Shown here: positions 55,491-64,000 of the stretch, one piece after another
Numbering within the stretch: the first letter of the stretch is position 1
Layout of the letters: each line of letters begins with the position of its first letter
Assembly (NCBI GenBank): GCA_019057385.1
Contig: JAHQJS010000007.1
Span: forward strand, 192,001-256,000
Reading direction: 5' to 3'
DNA: 64,000 nt
Source: Candidatus Borrarchaeum weybense
Lineage (GTDB): Archaea; Asgardarchaeota; Sifarchaeia; Borrarchaeales; Borrarchaeaceae
The notes under the pieces: model-generated
Database searches by the model: none
What the model was told of the DNA's origin: nothing
The model's input: the letters and a program-made list of their open reading frames with translations, nothing else
Made by a program: the position numbers and the translations under genes

Positions 55491-57449
55491 CTAAAAGAGT
55501 AGAAGAACAATAAGAATTGCAAGAAGAACCACAACTATTCCCACTGTATTGTAGTTGAGATCGCCAGATTGTAATTTGCGTAATTTCCAATTGAATCTCA
55601 TGAATAAGTCCAGTAACTCGTTGTAAAGCACATCTAAGTAAAATCCTTCTTCAGCGATATTATAAAAAGCGCTAAGAACCCAATATTTCCGTACTGTTGG
55701 CATGATGGTTCTAGGGCCTTTATAGTAGATGAGATAACTAATGGTAAATCCAACAGCTACTAGCGAGATTGCCAGAATCATGTTGAAAAATGCCATTGGC
55801 TGGTGTACGAGATCGGGTATATATCTCAGTGGGTTATGATATGCCACATGCTCGAACATAGGTTCGAAATAGTTATTTAGGAGAATTGGTCCAAGAAACC
55901 CAGTTGCTATGACAAGGATTGCTAAAGAACTTGTAACTCCTCGCATTATTGGCCCTGGCTTGTAGATTTTCAATTTTTCTGGCTTTTCGCCATAAAAAAT
56001 CAAGAAAAAAAACCTAAACGCGTATATAGCTGTTAAAGGCGCGGTTATTATACCAGCGCCATAGACTATCCAACCAAGGGAAGCTAGTCTCGCACCACTA
56101 GAAGCGTAATTAATTGCGCTACCTAATATTGCCTCTTTGCTATATCCACCGTTAAAGAGGAAAGGAACACCCGCTAAGGCACATACTCCTATTAATGTTG
56201 ACCAGTGAAGAACTGGCAAGTCATTTTTTAATCCACCCATATGTTTGATGTTCCGTTCATCGTGCAGAGAATGAATGATTGCTCCAGCCGATAGAAAGAG
56301 GAGTGCTTTGAAGAGACCATGAGACAATAAATGAAACTGAGTGGCCATAAAACCTTCAATACTAATGGCTTGGTTCTCATAATACGCTAAATAACCAACT
56401 GCAAGTCCCATGAACATATAAGCAATTTGACTAACTGTTGAATATGCCAATACTCGTTTGATATCAATAGAGACCAAGGCGGAGGCGGCACTAATGATAG
56501 CGGTAATAGCGGCTATGAAGGCAATGGTAATGAAAAAAGGTTCCACCTCAGTTGGACCAAAGACGTTGTAAAATCGTGATAGGAGATATACTCCAGCTTT
56601 TACCATCGTAGCTGCATGTATAAGTGCACTAACCGTTGTAGGCCCCTGCATTGCATCAATATTAATTCGACGAGGGCTACTTAACCAAGTAATGAGAGGA
56701 AATTGAGCAGATTTACTAATAGCGCCGAGCAAAATGAATAGCGCAACAAGTGTTTGAAGATCTGGTGATACGTTGGTAGCAAATTCTACCGTAATTATTT
56801 TTATATTTATCGTGTTTAATTCTAGCCAGAGGATTCCAAGCGCAATTAGAAGAGCGATATCGCCAACAAATGTCATGAGAAATGCTTTTATTCCAGATTT
56901 GGCGCATAGTGTACCTTGTGGGTCAGGTTTATGGAACCAATGTGCAATCAGGAAATAAGAACAAACTCCCATTATTTTCCAGCCGAAAAAGAGGATTACA
57001 AGATCTCCTGCAAGAACAAAAAGAACCATTCCGCCTACGAAAAGTTGTAGGAAGAAATAATATCGACCTTGTGCATCATCATCCTTCATGTATTCTAAGG
57101 AAAATAGGGCAATTAAAAAACCCAAACCAGCTGCAATGAGTGCGACAAAGGCCCCCAAAGGATCGACCATGATGGAATTGTTGAAGAACCCATGGATGTT
57201 ATAATTAAATACCGTAGGGTTTAATAGAATTACCTGTTCTTCCCAATTCCCCGCAAAAACAAGGTAACTTGCAAGAAGTGCTGAAATACCAATCGTAGCA
57301 ACCGAAAAATAGTTTCTTATCTCTGTACTAAATTTTCCAATAATTGCAGAAATGACCGCTCCGAGAATGGGAATAGCAAATATTGAAAACCAAGGCTGAA
57401 GAAACAGAAGAAAGACGCTTTGCAATGTGTTTATATGCCAACTTGCCAT
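55491..57449 (-). CDS. NuoL/MrpA-like antiporter subunit
   Basis: KSAQFPL, AMQGPTTVSALIHAATMVKAGVYL, DIKRVLAYST, HGLFKALLFL. Confidence 0.92.
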   Translation of the reverse strand: MASWHINTLQSVFLLFLQPWFSIFAIPILGAVISAIIGKFSTEIRNYFSVATIGISALLASYLVFAGNWEEQVILLNPTVFNYNIHGFFNNSIMVDPLGAFVALIAAGLGFLIALFSLEYMKDDDAQGRYYFFLQLFVGGMVLFVLAGDLVILFFGWKIMGVCSYFLIAHWFHKPDPQGTLCAKSGIKAFLMTFVGDIALLIALGILWLELNTINIKIITVEFATNVSPDLQTLVALFILLGAISKSAQFPLITWLSSPRRINIDAMQGPTTVSALIHAATMVKAGVYLLSRFYNVFGPTEVEPFFITIAFIAAITAIISAASALVSIDIKRVLAYSTVSQIAYMFMGLAVGYLAYYENQAISIEGFMATQFHLLSHGLFKALLFLSAGAIIHSLHDERNIKHMGGLKNDLPVLHWSTLIGVCALAGVPFLFNGGYSKEAILGSAINYASSGARLASLGWIVYGAGIITAPLTAIYAFRFFFLIFYGEKPEKLKIYKPGPIMRGVTSSLAILVIATGFLGPILLNNYFEPMFEHVAYHNPLRYIPDLVHQPMAFFNMILAISLVAVGFTISYLIYYKGPRTIMPTVRKYWVLSAFYNIAEEGFYLDVLYNELLDLFMRFNWKLRKLQSGDLNYNTVGIVVVLLAILIVLLLF

Positions 57450-57460
57450 TTTTAGACACC

Positions 57461-57793
57461 TCAGCCTTTGAGTGTTGTAAGATCGTCAATTTCAGTGGTC
57501 TGAAAATGTTCGTACACTTTTCGTATAAAGGCTAATGCAAGTCCCACGACTGCAGCACCGACTGATAGTGTAATCAGGACAAATGTCTGTGTTTGTGGAT
57601 CCACATTTACACCTTGAGTGAATCCAAATGCAATGAACACAATATTGGGTGCACTGACGAGCATTTCTAATGCCATGATTACTCTGATCGTTGATCGTTT
57701 AGTAGTTAGGCCATAAAACCCCATTAATAGCATAATAAAAGATAATGCAAGTAAAACTTCAAAATCCGTGAAAGAATCGAAAGTAATGCTCAT
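57461..57793 (-). CDS. NuoK/MnhC-like subunit
   Basis: 3 TM; IRVIMALEML; AAVVGLAL; terminal LKG. Confidence 0.85.
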   Translation of the reverse strand: MSITFDSFTDFEVLLALSFIMLLMGFYGLTTKRSTIRVIMALEMLVSAPNIVFIAFGFTQGVNVDPQTQTFVLITLSVGAAVVGLALAFIRKVYEHFQTTEIDDLTTLKG

Positions 57794-58068
57794 TATTGCT
57801 CATCTTCCTGCTGGTTCTTTTTTATTAGAGGGTTAAACACCATATTCATTCCTAAAAGTGCTACATAGAATACAAACGCCTGAATTATAGTCGCAGTTAC
57901 AACGGTTGTCCACAATAAACGTAAACTCACTTCATTAGCAGTTCCACGATTGACAGTTGATAGCGTCTCAGCCCACATTCCTGATCCTAGTGAGTTTAGG
58001 AGGAATAATATGAGGAAAAAAGAAACTAGGGTTATTCCAATTTTTCCGAACATTTTTTTGTAACTCAT
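57793..58068 (-). CDS. Small membrane subunit (C-terminal half of a split NuoJ-like protein)
   Basis: 2 TM; lies between the NuoJ-N and NuoK genes with TAATG coupling. Confidence 0.6.
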   Translation of the reverse strand: MSYKKMFGKIGITLVSFFLILFLLNSLGSGMWAETLSTVNRGTANEVSLRLLWTTVVTATIIQAFVFYVALLGMNMVFNPLIKKNQQEDEQ

Positions 58069-58352
58069 TACTTCACCTCTCCGATGACTTGATCTTTCTC
58101 AGCGGTCTTTCCAGTAGATTGTTCGGGTAAAGTTGAAGCGACAACCATGATCAAGACTGTTAAGACTCCAGCGTAAAGTAAGAGTTGAAAAAGAGCAGCG
58201 TAAAACGCGTCAACTAAATAGTAAATGGCCCCGATCCCGAAGGCTGATAGCGCTAGGGCTACAATTCCACGTGATATTTTTTCTGATTCAAGCGCTATAA
58301 TCGCCATAACCAAGGTAAATAAAGCCAGAAAAATGATTTCAGGTGTTGCCAT
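58068..58352 (-). CDS. NuoJ N-terminal half / MbhD-like subunit
   Basis: 3 TM; AFYAALFQLLLYAGVLTVL. Confidence 0.8.
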   Translation of the reverse strand: MATPEIIFLALFTLVMAIIALESEKISRGIVALALSAFGIGAIYYLVDAFYAALFQLLLYAGVLTVLIMVVASTLPEQSTGKTAEKDQVIGEVK

Positions 58353-58373
58353 ACAATCATCTCCTTTGCGGGT

Positions 58374-58808
58374 TCATTTTTCTTTTCTGCCTCTATAAAC
58401 AATTTTAGTTTCTATGGCATCTTTAGGATTAAAATACGTCTGTCTCCATCGATCAGGATTTAAGAAGATGGCAGGTTGACCCTTAAGACCTACTGGACAA
58501 GATTCTTGGCATTGGGAGCAACGTAAACACTGTCCGAGATTAATTGAAAAACGAAAAGGCTTTCCTTTTTCCGGAGAGATGCCAAGATCAGATAATTCAT
58601 CAGGCTCAATTTGTACTATACTAATACAATGTGAAGGGCAGACTTTCTCGCAAGTTAAACAAACAGTACATAAGGCGGGGTTAACTTCTGGCGCACCCCT
58701 GAATCCCTTAGGGATCTCTATACGTTCACTCGGATATAGAACAGTGAGGGGTTTCTTAAATAAATCTTCGACTGTTTCAATTAATACGCGGTTATTTATT
58801 TGCGCCAT
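58374..58808 (-). CDS. NuoI-like 2x[4Fe-4S] subunit
   Basis: TVLYP..GFRG; CTVCLTCEKVCP; CLRCSQCQESCP. Start placed at ATG 58808. Confidence 0.9.
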   Translation of the reverse strand: MAQINNRVLIETVEDLFKKPLTVLYPSERIEIPKGFRGAPEVNPALCTVCLTCEKVCPSHCISIVQIEPDELSDLGISPEKGKPFRFSINLGQCLRCSQCQESCPVGLKGQPAIFLNPDRWRQTYFNPKDAIETKIVYRGRKEK

Positions 58809-58810
58809 AT

Positions 58811-59959
58811 TCAAATCACTCCTACTAGAAAAACTATCATAAAGAGTGCAAGTAGTGCGACAGGCAAATAATATCGCCAAAAGTAGCGAATTAGTTGGTC
58901 GATACGAAAACGGGCATGGATCGCACGAACCAATGTAATAAGAAACACGATCACTGTAGTCTTAATAAAAAAGGTTACTATATTAATTAGATATTGAAAA
59001 ATGTCCCATGAGCCAATAAATAGTATGCCATTAACCCATGTGTTTAAGGGGCTAAAGCCTGGTCCGCCAAAAAATACTGCTGCAATAATTCCTGCCAATG
59101 CAAACTCAGTCACGCGATTTGCTAGAAGACAGAATAGAAATTTTTTTCCGCTAAGTTCTACCATCCAACCACCAACAATCTCTACTTCAGCATGCTCAGG
59201 ATCGAATGGAACTTTTTCTAGGACAGCATTAGCGGCTAAAATGGCGATTGCAAAGAGGATCAAAAGAGGAATGAGATACAATAAATGCATCATAGTAAAT
59301 CCATTTCTTTGAGAGATTACATTTAGAGGAAGATCGATTAAATTGAACTTGCTTCTAACGATATCTGATATGCGAAGTGATCCTGCTAAAATAGCTGGCC
59401 CAATAAATGCGATTGTTAATGGAATTTCAAACGAAAATTGTGCAACCGCTGCTCTTGATCCACCAATTAAACCGTATGGGTTGTTACTCGTCCATCCAAG
59501 TAACAATATTGAACTACCAATTACTGCTAATAAGAATAGAAAGAAAATCAAATCAACTTCAAATGAGATTAATCCTTCTGCAATATACACGGGCATAAGG
59601 AACGCTATTATTAGGGCTATCAATAATTGAAAAGGGGGAATCATACTGAATTCGGGCTTATCTACACCATCGGGAGTAATGTCTTCTTTTGCGAGGAGTT
59701 TGAGAACATCAAAAACTGGTTGAATAAATCGCGGACCAATTCGCGTTTGCATATGCGCATAGACTTTACGCTCATACCAATCGTAAAACAAGGCTCCAGA
59801 GATCAAAAAAAGAATGCCTGGGAATATAAAATACTTCAAAATGATAATTATCACAGGAAATCCTTGAAATAACAAAAACAAGCCTGCTATAACTAGGGCA
59901 TATATTGCTATATAAATTGGATATTTTACTCTTGGGTTGAAAGATGTCATTTTGGTCAA
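58811..59959 (-). CDS. NuoH/HyfC-like membrane subunit
   Basis: ERKVYAHMQTRIGP..QPVFDVLKLLAKE, SNNPYGLIG, PFD..AEVEIVGG..VE, RFRIDQ. Confidence 0.92.
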   Translation of the reverse strand: MTKMTSFNPRVKYPIYIAIYALVIAGLFLLFQGFPVIIIILKYFIFPGILFLISGALFYDWYERKVYAHMQTRIGPRFIQPVFDVLKLLAKEDITPDGVDKPEFSMIPPFQLLIALIIAFLMPVYIAEGLISFEVDLIFFLFLLAVIGSSILLLGWTSNNPYGLIGGSRAAVAQFSFEIPLTIAFIGPAILAGSLRISDIVRSKFNLIDLPLNVISQRNGFTMMHLLYLIPLLILFAIAILAANAVLEKVPFDPEHAEVEIVGGWMVELSGKKFLFCLLANRVTEFALAGIIAAVFFGGPGFSPLNTWVNGILFIGSWDIFQYLINIVTFFIKTTVIVFLITLVRAIHARFRIDQLIRYFWRYYLPVALLALFMIVFLVGVI

Positions 59960-59966
59960 TCTCAGT

Positions 59967-61772
59967 CTAAAAATTTAGAACTTTAATACCCGAACGATAT
60001 GCACGGTTTGCTCGACTTATTAGTTGTTCGCCTAACAACTCAACTTTTTTTCCTTTCTTTAAATCTACAAACGTTACTCTATCCATGCAGCCTACGCAAG
60101 GATCGATTACTCGTATGACGGGAGGGAGATCTGCCACATTCACACCAGTTAATCGATGAACTAAACTCGGAATGTTGGCAAGTGTTGGAGTACGGACTTT
60201 ATGACGCTCAGGTTTATCGGTTCCAATGGATCGGACGTAATGCATGTTTTCTCCACGTGGACCCTCTACTCGACTAATTCCTTGATCTTCTGGAATTTTC
60301 CGTGGAAATCGAATTTGTAGTTCACCTTGCGGCAAAGTTTCAAGCGCTTCAATAATCAGATCTATAGAGATGGAGACTTCGTCTAACCGTACTTCCAAAC
60401 CACTGAAAACATCACCTTCAGTTAAGACAGGTACATCAAAAGAAAACTGATCATAGGCGGCATAAGGATCCGCTTTTCGAATATCTCTTTTGATACCACT
60501 CGCCCGTGCGGTAGGTCCAACTGTACAATAGCGTAAAGCATCTTCCTTTGACAATATTGCAATGCCTTTTTGACGTGCAAGAAAGCTTCGTTCATGCAGT
60601 AATTCCTCTCGATGATGCTTGCCCCTTTTACGGAGTTCCTTTAGCTTTGGGATAATTTTAACTATCTGCTCTGGAGTAATATCCCGTCGAACACCTCCAA
60701 GAGTATCCATACTATAATTGACTCGATTTCCAGAGATAAGTTCAAGAATATCCATAACAAGTTCTCTATCCTGCCACGTAAAATGAAACAATGTATCAAA
60801 GCCTGCTTCGTGGGCTAGGAGACCAATCCATAATAGATGCGAATGAATACGTTCAAGTTCAGCGATAATCACGCGAATATATTTTGCTCGATCTGGTACT
60901 TTATCAGACAGGTTGGCACATTTTTCTGCAGCTTGACAGTAGCAGAGTTGGTGACAATTACTGCATATACCACATATTCTTTCTGCCAGATAGAGATTTT
61001 GAAGCCACGTGCGACTTTCAAACGCTTTTTCAATTCCTCTATGGTTGAATCCTAAACGGACATCTACTTTTTTTACCGTTTCTCCCGTAACATGGAAAAT
61101 AAAACGAACTGGCTCTTCAAGCGCCGGATGTTGAGGACCGATGGCAATAGCAAAATCTGACCTTTCAGGAACATAATCGATATATGCACCCATTGGTCCT
61201 CTCCTCCTTGCACTAGCGTAATCAATATGGCGCCCCGCGGCTTCTGTTTCTCCTAAACTAGCAACTCCTCCAACTTCCTTCTTCTTCAATGATTCTGCTA
61301 GTCTCTCAAATATTTCTTCATAACTAATGTCTTTTCTGAGAGGAAATATATCCTCTGGCATGAAATCCGCTGTTAGTAAGCGCCGAAGGTTAGGATGGTT
61401 TGTAAATTGAATTCCTAGCATATCATAGACCTCTCTTTCATACAGAATAGCACCAGGAATTTCTGGAACGAGTGAGTCTATTCTTGGATCCTTCTTATCA
61501 ACTGTGACGTCAAGAATCAATTTCCCCCATTTGTTATTAGACAAGGTTATCGAAAATGGATAAAGTAGGTGATATCCATCATCTTGATCTTGTCCGATAA
61601 TAGTTGACAGATGAGTCACGTTGTATTTTTCCTTTAGTTGCGTGATGACCTCAAGCAACTTTTCTGCTTTTACTTCAGCATACAGATCTAATGGAAAATC
61701 AGGTTGTGCACGAACTAGAATGTTTAATGAAATTGCAATTTCCTTTAATGTTTGAGGTACGGTTCCTATCAT
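59967..61772 (-). CDS. Group 4 [NiFe]-hydrogenase large subunit, fused NuoC+NuoD-like
   Basis: NuoC part (YEREVYDMLGI.F..HPNLRR..FPLRKD); GPQHP, HRGIEK; Ni ligands L1 RICGIC and L2 DPCVGCMDR. Confidence 0.92.
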   Translation of the reverse strand: MIGTVPQTLKEIAISLNILVRAQPDFPLDLYAEVKAEKLLEVITQLKEKYNVTHLSTIIGQDQDDGYHLLYPFSITLSNNKWGKLILDVTVDKKDPRIDSLVPEIPGAILYEREVYDMLGIQFTNHPNLRRLLTADFMPEDIFPLRKDISYEEIFERLAESLKKKEVGGVASLGETEAAGRHIDYASARRRGPMGAYIDYVPERSDFAIAIGPQHPALEEPVRFIFHVTGETVKKVDVRLGFNHRGIEKAFESRTWLQNLYLAERICGICSNCHQLCYCQAAEKCANLSDKVPDRAKYIRVIIAELERIHSHLLWIGLLAHEAGFDTLFHFTWQDRELVMDILELISGNRVNYSMDTLGGVRRDITPEQIVKIIPKLKELRKRGKHHREELLHERSFLARQKGIAILSKEDALRYCTVGPTARASGIKRDIRKADPYAAYDQFSFDVPVLTEGDVFSGLEVRLDEVSISIDLIIEALETLPQGELQIRFPRKIPEDQGISRVEGPRGENMHYVRSIGTDKPERHKVRTPTLANIPSLVHRLTGVNVADLPPVIRVIDPCVGCMDRVTFVDLKKGKKVELLGEQLISRANRAYRSGIKVLNF

Positions 61773-62242
61773 TTTTGATCCACCTCTTCAGTCGCTTTAT
61801 CAGAAGTTTCGATATCTAAGCGAGTTCTTTGAATTAATTTGATAATTCCATCAACAATTGCTTCAGGGCGAGGTGGGCAACCGGTAATATACGCAGAAAC
61901 AGGAATAACCTTGTCTACTCCGCCTAGTGTATTATAACTTTCTTGAAAGACGCCTCCAGTGGTTGCACATGTTCCCACTGCTACCACATACTTGGGCTCT
62001 GGCATTTGCTCATAAAGCCGTTTGAGTCGTGACACAGTTTGAAAAGTTGCTGTACCAGTAGCCACCAAAACATCACAGTGGCGGGGCGATCCTTGAAGTA
62101 TGATACCGAATCGCTCAACATCATAACGAGGTATAAAAGTCGCAAGAACTTCGATGTCACATCCGTTACAAGATCCAGAATTGACGTGCATCACCCATGG
62201 ACTGTTTGTTAATGCTTTTACGACCAATTTTTTCTTAAGCAT
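61769..62242 (-). CDS. Group 4 hydrogenase small subunit (NuoB-like)
   Basis: GSCNGCDIE, SPRHCD, VGTCA..GG, GCPPRPE. Confidence 0.93.
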   Translation of the reverse strand: MLKKKLVVKALTNSPWVMHVNSGSCNGCDIEVLATFIPRYDVERFGIILQGSPRHCDVLVATGTATFQTVSRLKRLYEQMPEPKYVVAVGTCATTGGVFQESYNTLGGVDKVIPVSAYITGCPPRPEAIVDGIIKLIQRTRLDIETSDKATEEVDQK

Positions 62243-62267
62243 TTTTTAACACCTCTTATTGATCAAA

Positions 62268-62645
62268 TTAAGTTCGTGCTGGCCTTTTCGCAAATATAAA
62301 AATCGCATATATAGTGATGGCAAAATATACTAGTGGGTATACCAAATCGATTTTTGAAACTAAAGTAAGAATCAATAACGTAGATAGCATAAGCGCTATC
62401 GCATGAACAGCCATAAAATAAGGCATCTCAAGTAACGTTAGTTCAAAGTAACGCCGTTTCCGAGGGCGCACAGTCTCCCCACTTTGATATAACTGCTGTT
62501 TTAATCTCGTTTTGGGGTAATCAGTTATTTGTAGCCAACGTGATAAAAGGTATAGAACAATAACCGCAATAAAAGCGGTTAATCCTCCTATCAACATTTC
62601 GATTAGAACGTCCAAAGTTGCTACACCAAAACTGGCTTTACACAA
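62268..62645 (-). CDS. NuoA-like 3-TM membrane subunit
   Basis: TM-loop(K..LYQSGE)-TM-TM; first intact gene of the operon. Start codon uncertain. Confidence 0.6.
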   Translation of the reverse strand: MCKASFGVATLDVLIEMLIGGLTAFIAVIVLYLLSRWLQITDYPKTRLKQQLYQSGETVRPRKRRYFELTLLEMPYFMAVHAIALMLSTLLILTLVSKIDLVYPLVYFAITIYAIFIFAKRPART

Positions 62646-62649
62646 ATTG

Positions 62650-62806
62650 AATGAAAGACTTACACAAACGTGCAGTACTCGGTATACTCATCAATATTAG
62701 TTGGAACTGGGTTTTCATTTACTAATTCATAAGCACCAACGGGACAGTTTTGGAAACAATATGAGCGGCGGTGCATTTGTTGTATCAATTGTAATGGTAC
62801 GCCCAA
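62650..62806 (-). pseudogene. Degenerate 2x[4Fe-4S] ferredoxin
   Basis: Across frameshifts: ITID / KCTA / YCFQNCPVGAYELVNENPVPTNIDEYTEYCT / CVSL. Cys positions of the second cluster read Tyr (TAT/TAC). Confidence 0.65.
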
Positions 62807-62956
62807 GCTTTCACATTTCCATTTAGGAAGGTTACCAACTATTATAATAAACTTCTAGTTTTTTAGTTAGTAAAGATAAAGGATGCTTATTCTTGAATAT
62901 ATGTGTGTGTTATATAACAGTCACAAAGTGAAAAGAATAAATCTACTCTTCATTAA

Positions 62957-63265
62957 TTAGATTAAATGCGTTTCTTTTACACCAAAATTATTCTTATGTG
63001 CCCACAATCTAACCCACTCTAAAGCAAACCACACGTCCTCAATCGACTTCTTGTGTTCTAATGTTCGGTGTTCTTCTTCAATGAACTCTAATTTTTCAAC
63101 ATCTTTAAGGGACTCGAATTTCAAATGTTTATCATATTTTGGTGAAAACATATCGTATAATATCTCTTGCACTGTCACATCGACAATAAATTTGACTATA
63201 ATAAAACCATCTGAGGTTTCAAGCCAAAATTCTGTATCACTCGTTTTTTCACCTTTCATCGCCAT
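62957..63265 (-). CDS. Hypothetical protein
   Basis: 102-aa ORF with host-like codon use and AAGGA upstream; no recognised motif. Confidence 0.6.
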   Translation of the reverse strand: MAMKGEKTSDTEFWLETSDGFIIVKFIVDVTVQEILYDMFSPKYDKHLKFESLKDVEKLEFIEEEHRTLEHKKSIEDVWFALEWVRLWAHKNNFGVKETHLI

Positions 63266-63377
63266 GCCTTTTTCCTTTAAGAAAGTTAATAAAACTGAAG
63301 CAGGAATAGCAATCTTCTCCTATCAAGTAGATCATTCAATGATCCAAGTAAATATAAGGAACCCATTCTCTTAGCAG

Positions 63378-64000
63378 TTACTGATGAGATTTCGCCTTTT
63401 CATATGCAGAAGATAAACTTTTGTCTGTTATTACTCCTATAACTTGGTTAGGATTGTCTTGTTCGACCACTGGCATCATATCTATATTTTCCTTAGTCAT
63501 CTTCTTATAAATTTCTAAGATTGAATCGTTTGGAAAAACTGTGATTAGTCTTAAAGGCAATTGACTAATTTTTATGGAGTCTCTTTGCTCCGGAAGTATT
63601 TGTAAGATATCATTCCATGCAATAATTCCCATAAAATTTCCATCTTTTTCAACTAGAGCATCATGATATTTTGCGCGAAACATGACTTCTAGAGCTTCAT
63701 TAAGGCTATTCTCGGGCGTTACGGTTGCGATCTCTAAGCTCATTATATCTTTGGCGCTTACTTTAGACTCAGTGATGGATCTTATAGGCCTTTCTCTCTC
63801 TTCTGTGGCGCCTACATAAATAAACACACCAATAAGTATGAGCCACCAATCTACTAGAACCCCCACTCCAATCATAATAAGTGCCAGAAGTCTTCCAATC
63901 CATGAGGTGTACTTTGTAGCATCAGACAATCCCCTTTTTTCCGCCAGATATGCTCTGAGAACCCTACCTCCATCCATTGGAAATGCAGGGATTAAGTTGA
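63378..64000 (-). CDS. Site-2 protease (M50 family) with tandem CBS domains (5'-truncated by window edge)
   Basis: NLIPAFPMDGGRVLRA motif at the window end; CBS pair (AKDIMS..TVTPE; MPVVE..VIGVIT). Confidence 0.9.
   Translation of the reverse strand, partial: NLIPAFPMDGGRVLRAYLAEKRGLSDATKYTSWIGRLLALIMIGVGVLVDWWLILIGVFIYVGATEERERPIRSITESKVSAKDIMSLEIATVTPENSLNEALEVMFRAKYHDALVEKDGNFMGIIAWNDILQILPEQRDSIKISQLPLRLITVFPNDSILEIYKKMTKENIDMMPVVEQDNPNQVIGVITDKSLSSAYEKAKSHQ

Noticed and set aside
53947-62645. NADH:quinone oxidoreductase (complex I) call
   Set aside because: The large subunit retains both CxxC Ni-binding motifs and there are no NuoE/F/G genes.
1686-63374. Numerous short ORFs in the six-frame track (e.g. 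4486-4776, 8345-8947, 15637-15951, 53274-53726, 59001-59312)
   Set aside because: They are antisense or out-of-frame shadows of well-supported genes and carry no motifs.
1-64000. CRISPR array, tRNA or rRNA genes
   Set aside because: No regularly spaced 25-40-bp repeats, cloverleaf/T-loop signatures or rRNA-like stretches were seen by eye; the window is almost fully protein-coding.

Overview
A 64-kb, AT-rich archaeal chromosomal segment, most consistent with an Asgard archaeon. This is inferred from GGTGA/GGAGG ribosome-binding sites, an Arf-like small GTPase, longin/uDENN-type 'FDxxxGP' proteins, Orc1/Cdc6 and TFB. In order, it carries: a membrane-anchored secreted protein; a complete IS605-type element (tnpA+tnpB); a 2-oxoacid/acetoin dehydrogenase E1a-E1b-E2-lplA cluster; an MMPL transporter; a GC-richer operon of small GTPase, longin-like protein, corrinoid protein and UroD/MtaA-fold protein; and an SF1 helicase. 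Next is a ~16-kb cluster around cdc6 with a VirB2-like pilin, a divergent TFB, a TadA/TadB/TadC pilus machine, a class III pilin, a membrane-bound VirB4/HerA-like ATPase and a second longin-domain protein. The rest holds aconitase and flavoprotein genes, a 330-bp non-autonomous IS200/IS605 derivative, glycogen metabolism genes and a 10-gene complex-I-like group 4 [NiFe]-hydrogenase operon preceded by a decayed ferredoxin. The 330-bp element retains a promoter and an omegaRNA-like structured RNA and interrupts a gene whose frame is restored on excision. The best candidates for an undescribed system are (i) the cdc6/TFB/pilus/VirB4 DNA-exchange-like cluster, linked by a shared longin-like domain to (ii) the GTPase-longin-corrinoid-methyltransferase operon. 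All family assignments come from motif reading by eye; no database searches were run.
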